Below, piece by piece: positions 61,101 to 64,000 of a stretch of 64,000 nucleotides of DNA (positions within the stretch are counted from its first letter, which is position 1; each line of letters opens with the position of its first letter). The stretch comes from an uncultured Candidatus Peribacteria bacterium. GTDB taxonomy: Bacteria > Patescibacteriota > Gracilibacteria > Peribacterales > Peribacteraceae. Location: contig CAZWIA010000002.1 in the NCBI GenBank assembly GCA_964633955.1, positions 8,026 to 72,025 of the forward strand. Reading direction: 5' to 3'. The notes under the pieces are model-generated. The model was not told the DNA's origin. It worked only from the letters and a program-made list of their open reading frames with translations, and ran no database searches. The translations under genes and the position numbers were made by a program.

Positions 61101-62059
61101 GGCGCGTAGAGCTCAATATCCGCCACGGATGCCGGCGCGGAGGAAGAGGAAGCCGCGGAGGAAGAGGAGGAGGACAGCGTTCCGTTGCCCGCCACCGTGA
61201 AGCGGAACGGATTCTTCACCGGATCGTTATTCCCAAAGGAGACCGTCCCGGACACGTTCTCCGGCGCGTCCGCATTCAGCTGCAGGATGAAGGTGGTGGA
61301 GTCTCCGCTGGCTGCCAGCGTGGTCTTGCCAAAGCTCTGGATCACGGAGAATCCCGGCGGCACGCTGATCGGTTCCTGGAGCGTGATCTGCTCGGATAGG
61401 GACGTGCCCACGTTGGTCACGGTGAAGGTCTTGCGGACCGGACTGCCGGGGCTCGACCGGCCAAAGTTGACCGTGCTGAAGATATTCTCCACATCCATGC
61501 CCTCCACCGTCACTTGGATGTTCCGCGTGCCGCGGTATCCGCAGTTGAGATTGGCGGCAATCTGGTCCCCCGGCAGCTTGCCCTTGTGCACGGCGATCAC
61601 CTGCGGCGCCAAGGAATTGGCCGGCTGGAAGATCCTGAAGCCCGTGAACTCCTGGCACGGCTCCGTCTGGTCGCGCGGCGTGGCCGCGTAGTACGTGCCG
61701 CGGAGCGCATTTCCAAAGTGCATGCACCGCGGATTGACGGTCATGCCGTCCGCGCAGATCTCCATGGCCGCGGATGCGGTTACCGGCGCGGCAGTGCCAA
61801 ACGGGAACGACCGGTGATCCCGGAAGTACTGCTCCACGGCGCGCTGGATGTTCTTGGCGCCGTCATCGCGCTTGCGGTCCGTGGGCAGGATGTACCCCCG
61901 GCGGACGGGAATGGTGCTGATGGCGACCGATGCGATCACCACTACAATGCCCGTCGCCACCACCATATCGATGAGCGTGGCGCCGCGCCGGAGACGGGAC
62001 AGGATCGGCATGGGAATTCTCAGTTGAATCGGGCTAGTGTAGCAGTTTACCTCTGGCAT
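55145..62059 (-). CDS. giant (~2300 aa) surface protein with a prepilin-type N-terminal leader, ~15 Ig-like (choice-of-anchor-D / ASH-like) repeats and a C-terminal globular, possibly beta-propeller, region
   Basis: The N-terminus SRLRRG|ATLIDMVVATGIVVVIASVAI resembles a class III (prepilin peptidase) signal. The repeated module is (D)FG(S/A)T.VG.PV.R.F.V.N.GT..L. The start is either 62059 (AGGGGG Shine-Dalgarno sequence) or 62011. Confidence 0.8.
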   Translation of the reverse strand: MPEVNCYTSPIQLRIPMPILSRLRRGATLIDMVVATGIVVVIASVAISTIPVRRGYILPTDRKRDDGAKNIQRAVEQYFRDHRSFPFGTAAPVTASAAMEICADGMTVNPRCMHFGNALRGTYYAATPRDQTEPCQEFTGFRIFQPANSLAPQVIAVHKGKLPGDQIAANLNCGYRGTRNIQVTVEGMDVENIFSTVNFGRSSPGSPVRKTFTVTNVGTSLSEQITLQEPISVPPGFSVIQSFGKTTLAASGDSTTFILQLNADAPENVSGTVSFGNNDPVKNPFRFTVAGNGTLSSSSSSAASSSSAPASVADIELYAPDGRLIPYNGFYDMGKAKIPEPPIRRTFRVRNAGTSNLTLTSLGDPSSSIPLNCQLGADFGELVLVPGQETTFQIWKATAGDPDTRYCDGIVRFSAAGDPDENPFRFSIRAEVVPTNSQEVQVTEGNTDIVSGVTVTDFGSTPVGQGVVKTFTVRNVGTDPLRLTGNPVMPAGFTLLTDFGAVPRTLNAWQSADIRVQYDATSLGTAAGDITFTTDDPDEGVFRIPVRGTGTRWPGPEIQVLDGSLDIPRGGAVDFGSTTVGTPVTRPIRVKNIGSETLTLTPPITVPAGFSVVQSFVQETLAPDAETTFTLRLTAGAEGTYGGRISFANNDSNENPFTFNVSGTVTAMPLPEIQLWSNGAEVIHQSGVVEFGSTVVNTPVTRTIEVRNVGTGPLGLGMVSMPAGFTATQPSPSVVAPGSFATFTVTMAAASAGVKLGTGGLLNTDSDENPFSFTLRGQVTAAPEPEILVRYGTAELTNGVSRQDFGSTVPGVAVARTYTVINVGTANLDITSIVAPGEFWVSQPGLSRLMPGQSTTFTVTMPAIHIGVFSGPVVLSSTDGDENPFTFTLAGIVAPGPLPNIQVLLDGVDVGTDSGWFATTQVGVPVRRSFVIRNAGSAPLTLGGPVEVWADPLRSQATTGFTVAIQPSRTVLQPGEEVSFTMQMNAAAASSPVAQVFVDSNDPYEETRMFLVQGAVISGSVPEIEVRRMSEGLPLVQDGMEVVDLGTTVVGTPVTVRFQVANRGTRSLDVGPLVTAPSGFTVSVPLTITSIPAFSPTVTSEFAVRLTAASAGTYEGDVSFPNSDSDEDPFNFRVRGRVAAAPQPEIEVRLEDGTVVADGGGTVAFGATPSGFPVERTFTIANAGNATLTVGTVSLVHASDPSQPSGFSMMQQPVQSIAPGGTAVFKVRLDATVAGSKNATLQFSNNDSNENPYNFPLSGTVNPAVPQIQLYHADGMPCMKNTCVVDFGATTVGNPVNVNLTVKNIGTAALNLISLSVPAGGFTVTQAPPSSLQGGQAAPITLRMTAASAGFPEVSASITSTDGNNSPYGFQLRGSVLAADAPYARVWESGTEIADGGTYGFGSTAQGSAIIKTFTVQNAGTSTLTLSPAQVTGADFALNEGFLVSALAPGAETTFRVRMPAATAGAQSGQVSFGTNEGGARNPFNFQLTGTVTAPPAAPRIELYIGNSGPCPKTTCVVDFGTRPLSSPATLTMTVRNAGTANLTGLAVNGVGGNFSVAPGLGTTVLAPGASTTFGLRYDAAVLGTVTRNVSVASSDSANNPFAFQLRGMAEQPALAEIEVWNLSAGTVIPANGTVDFGSIVTGAGQTLAQTFRIKNIGVADLQVPASAGLFSAFTVVSDIQDTLLSPGEATDFTLRTASQTVGTHAEGISLQNNDADENPFRFTVRYTVQAQAAPDIAVWDGGLEGVRVEDEGTVDYGAITAGASSSRTKTYTVMNTGTANLTVSSITAPAVGAGFTLTSTLTNAVIAPGRTATFSVRLDGTSAGAKSASVTVNSNAPPAKDAYRINVAGQVNATALPEIQVLDGNGAGPDLPLGSAVDFGSTLVGTPVSRAFTVVNAGGGTLTLGAITAPAGFSVQTGFSSTSLTAGQTATFTLRLDAQASQVTPPFQGTLSFVNGDGNENPFTLTLRGTVHPECRAGLPLVTDTQGRTWYYNPTTGVWSLYSVQEITAITDSGEYAVSAGRGLMRCASSSRRWQNVGPELLDTAFTPNNVQFMQNMGPMTGAGVFMVDRNGVFYEYVAGSPGYIRRRTNLSSPATSFSAHGHGMTQIGWYRVDLSAVPLRQNLSTQTQVYAVPQQYPSNPPSVLVNFSPGFASVSPYYVQCLVKSGNVQDARLFSIDAGEFGYTDGAGFHAVPLFTGASACQAGWVGYVPGVGLVAAVNDRLYRINFPSDSAPFTDLGRMGDGSLSLLGPLITVGSKTYLLGSTLGTYGWQAAGIYRYDSSLWTDITSNLQVPLLLRMFGGT

Positions 62060-62132
62060 CACAATAACCCCCTTTCCCATCCGTGGGAAAGGGGGTCTGG
62101 TAGCGCGCGGCTCGATCGCACTGTGCTGCGCT

Positions 62133-62822
62133 TCATGCCGGGCGGCGGAGACGCCACGTGCCCAGGCCCAGCAGGCCCAGCGCGAGGGCGATGACGGTAG
62201 GCGGCGCTGGGACCGCGCCGCCGCGGGTGGCCGCGGGATCCCAGCTCTGGATCGCTGGGGCCGCCGCCGTCCAGCTGGGCCCGCGGAAGACCGCAAAGTC
62301 CGCCAGGAACGGTTGCGAAAGATCCAGCGTAGGTGATCCTGGAAAGAGGGTCACCAGGGTTGGCAGCGGGAAGACGACGATGTTGCCGTCCTCCAGAAAC
62401 CACGGCCGCCCGGCGTACGCGGACAGGAGTTCCCAGTTCACCGCGTCGCGGTAGTACTGGGTCCCGAAGGGTTCGGTATTGTCTACATGCAGCTGCGGCG
62501 GTGCCGCAGCGCCCAGGAACAACCCTGGAAACCCGAACATGTCCGCCAGCTGGGAAGCGGGCGAGTTGGCCCCCACGCCGCCGGCAACCGGATCCCGGAT
62601 GCCGACGACGAGGAAGGTGTTGTCCGTCAGCCCATCGATCCTGGCTGCCACGAACGGCGTGGCGCCGTGGACAGCCCATGTTTCCACAATGGTCTGAGTC
62701 TGACCCGGCACCGTGTAGCCGCCGGGCACCGGGATGCCGGGGCCGGTGATGAACCCGGCCTGGACATGGGAACCGACCATCAGGGCGCAGAGCGCCCACG
62801 CCATTGTCTGCCACTTCTTCAT
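62133..62822 (-). CDS. secreted protein with a PEP-CTERM-like C-terminal sorting signal
   Basis: Signal peptide MKKWQTMAWALCALMVGSHVQA. The C-terminus is AVPAPPTVIALALGLLGLGTWRLRRPA (Pro motif, Gly/Leu TM, Arg cluster). AAGGGAGA Shine-Dalgarno sequence. Confidence 0.6.
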   Translation of the reverse strand: MKKWQTMAWALCALMVGSHVQAGFITGPGIPVPGGYTVPGQTQTIVETWAVHGATPFVAARIDGLTDNTFLVVGIRDPVAGGVGANSPASQLADMFGFPGLFLGAAAPPQLHVDNTEPFGTQYYRDAVNWELLSAYAGRPWFLEDGNIVVFPLPTLVTLFPGSPTLDLSQPFLADFAVFRGPSWTAAAPAIQSWDPAATRGGAVPAPPTVIALALGLLGLGTWRLRRPA

Positions 62823-62980
62823 CCGATCTCCCTTTATCATCTATCGAGCCGAACTCTGAAGGAACGTCCTGTTCCTCTCCCCGCACCGTGCGGGAAACTG
62901 GTCGCAACGTACCATATTTGCGATACGGTGCAAGTTCACGCGCGCCTGGTCGCTTCTGCGCACACGTGGCTACCAAATAC

Positions 62981-64000
62981 TCAGGGCAATGTGGTCTGCA
63001 GGTAGTACGTCCGCAGGTCCTGGGTGGCGCCCCAGTGGGTGAAGTCCCCGCCGGCGTAGAGGTTGGTGCCATCGGTATGGAGCGCGTGCACGGTGCTATC
63101 CACCTGCAGGTTCCAGTTTGCGGGCGTGCCGCTTGGGTCCAGCGCGGCAAGGTGGGGGATAGCCTGCCCGCCGATCTGGGTGAAACTCCCGCCGGGGATG
63201 ACGCGGCTGCCCGCGCCGGTCACGGCCACGACGCTGCCTGTGGGACCGGGATTGAAGGAGCTTATAGAGCCGTTCCCCACGTTGAAGGCCGCCAGGCGGC
63301 TGCGCGGCGAGGAGCCGATGACGGTGAAATCCCCGCCCGCGTAGAGCGTGGAACCCAGCACGGCCAACGCGCGCACGCGCGCATCTGATGCCGGCGACCA
63401 GCTGGTAGGATTCCCCACGGTGGCATCCACCGCCGCCAGGCGGCTGCGGCTGGTTGCTCCGACGGCGGTGAAATCCCCGCCCAGGTACACCGTAGAGCCA
63501 TAGCTGGCTATGGCCCGCACGCTGTCGTTGAGGCTGGGGTCCCAGGGCAGGAGGCTGCCGGCGGCGAGCAAGTTGAAGGCGGCCGCAAAGTTGCGCGTAT
63601 TGCCCCCTACGCCGGTGAAGTCTCCGCCCGCGTAGAGCGTGTTGCCCGCGCGGTAGAGCGCGCGGACCGGCCAGTTGGGCTCGGGCTGCCAGGCGGTGAG
63701 GGCCGCGGTGGTGGGATGGAGCGCGCCCAGGTACGACCGGGTGATACCGCGGAGCCGGCTGAAGTCTCCGCCCACGTAGACGGACGTGCCGTCCGTGGCC
63801 AGCGCACGCACGGTCCCGTTCGCGTTGCCGTCCCACGGCAGGAGCTGGCCGGTGGTGGGATTGAGCGCCGCCAAGTTATTGCGCCGCTCCCCGCCCACAG
63901 AGGTAAAATCCCCGCCGATGTAGATCATGTTCATGGCGTTGGCGGAGATGACGGACACGCGGCTGGATGCCGCCGGATCCCACTCATCCAGCGCGCCGGT
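62981..64000 (-). CDS. beta-propeller repeat protein (~48-aa GGDFT..G....R..LAA.D...G....W.P repeats), 5' end outside window
   Basis: Seven or more tandem repeats. The frame stays open to the window edge (..TGALDEWDPAASSRVSVISANAMNMIYIGGDF). Confidence 0.7.
   Translation of the reverse strand, partial: TGALDEWDPAASSRVSVISANAMNMIYIGGDFTSVGGERRNNLAALNPTTGQLLPWDGNANGTVRALATDGTSVYVGGDFSRLRGITRSYLGALHPTTAALTAWQPEPNWPVRALYRAGNTLYAGGDFTGVGGNTRNFAAAFNLLAAGSLLPWDPSLNDSVRAIASYGSTVYLGGDFTAVGATSRSRLAAVDATVGNPTSWSPASDARVRALAVLGSTLYAGGDFTVIGSSPRSRLAAFNVGNGSISSFNPGPTGSVVAVTGAGSRVIPGGSFTQIGGQAIPHLAALDPSGTPANWNLQVDSTVHALHTDGTNLYAGGDFTHWGATQDLRTYYLQTTLP

Noticed and set aside
62059-63150. 363-aa minus-strand ORF spanning the spacer between the PEP-CTERM-like and beta-propeller genes, and the N-terminal 79-95 residues of ORF 55145..62296
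   Set aside because: It is out of frame with, and overlaps, two ORFs that have clear signal peptides and repeat structure. The extension of the giant ORF upstream of 62059 is Arg/Pro-rich and overlaps the upstream gene.

Overview
By eye this is a high-GC (roughly 60-65%, not computed), densely coding bacterial chromosomal segment. I cannot place the lineage from sequence alone. The envelope and pilus gene content and the repeat style suggest an uncultivated, cyanobacteria-like or candidate-phylum-like organism, but that is only an impression.

Content:
- Housekeeping genes: cysS, two tandem csrA, class I aldolase fbaB, uvrB, galU, hsp20, recJ, dnaJ, khpB/jag, hup, topA, dgt-like, gatC-gatA, rnpA-yidC, serS, zwf, pgl, yraN, comM.
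- Cell-envelope genes: a 1413-aa SLH S-layer protein, FemAB, two M23 peptidases (one with LysM), a DacA-like carboxypeptidase, an amidase-SpoIID fusion, an FtsQ-like protein and two GT4 glycosyltransferases.
- Two tRNAs (Trp-CCA, Asp-GTC), each preceded by a decayed copy of its own 5' part.
- Lower-GC accessory patches: a decaying Doc toxin module, a class II Fic gene and a two-gene secreted cassette.
- An ~11 kb surface-protein block at the right end: an SLH protein, a ~2300-aa protein with a prepilin-type leader and ~15 Ig-like repeats, a PEP-CTERM-like protein, and a beta-propeller repeat protein that runs off the window.

The strongest signal not explained by genes is a family of at least 14 loci built from degenerate tandem heptamers (some 8-9 nt units). 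One arm is C-poor and the partner arm is its G-poor reverse complement. The unit sequence differs from locus to locus but the architecture is the same.
- They sit between convergent genes, inside a divergent promoter region and inside the gatC-gatA operon spacer.
- They supply the last codons of recJ and dgt, and are inserted in frame in FemAB.
- Two pairs bracket four-helix-bundle (23S-rRNA-IVS protein / Avd-like) genes, one with a perfect 19-bp stem abutting the start codon.

Many housekeeping genes appear leaderless (a -10-like hexamer 6-9 nt before the start codon, no Shine-Dalgarno), whereas accessory genes carry Shine-Dalgarno sequences.

Internal start codons were placed by codon counting from the supplied ORF track and may be off by a few codons. 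Long ORFs antisense to real genes are treated as GC-driven shadow ORFs.
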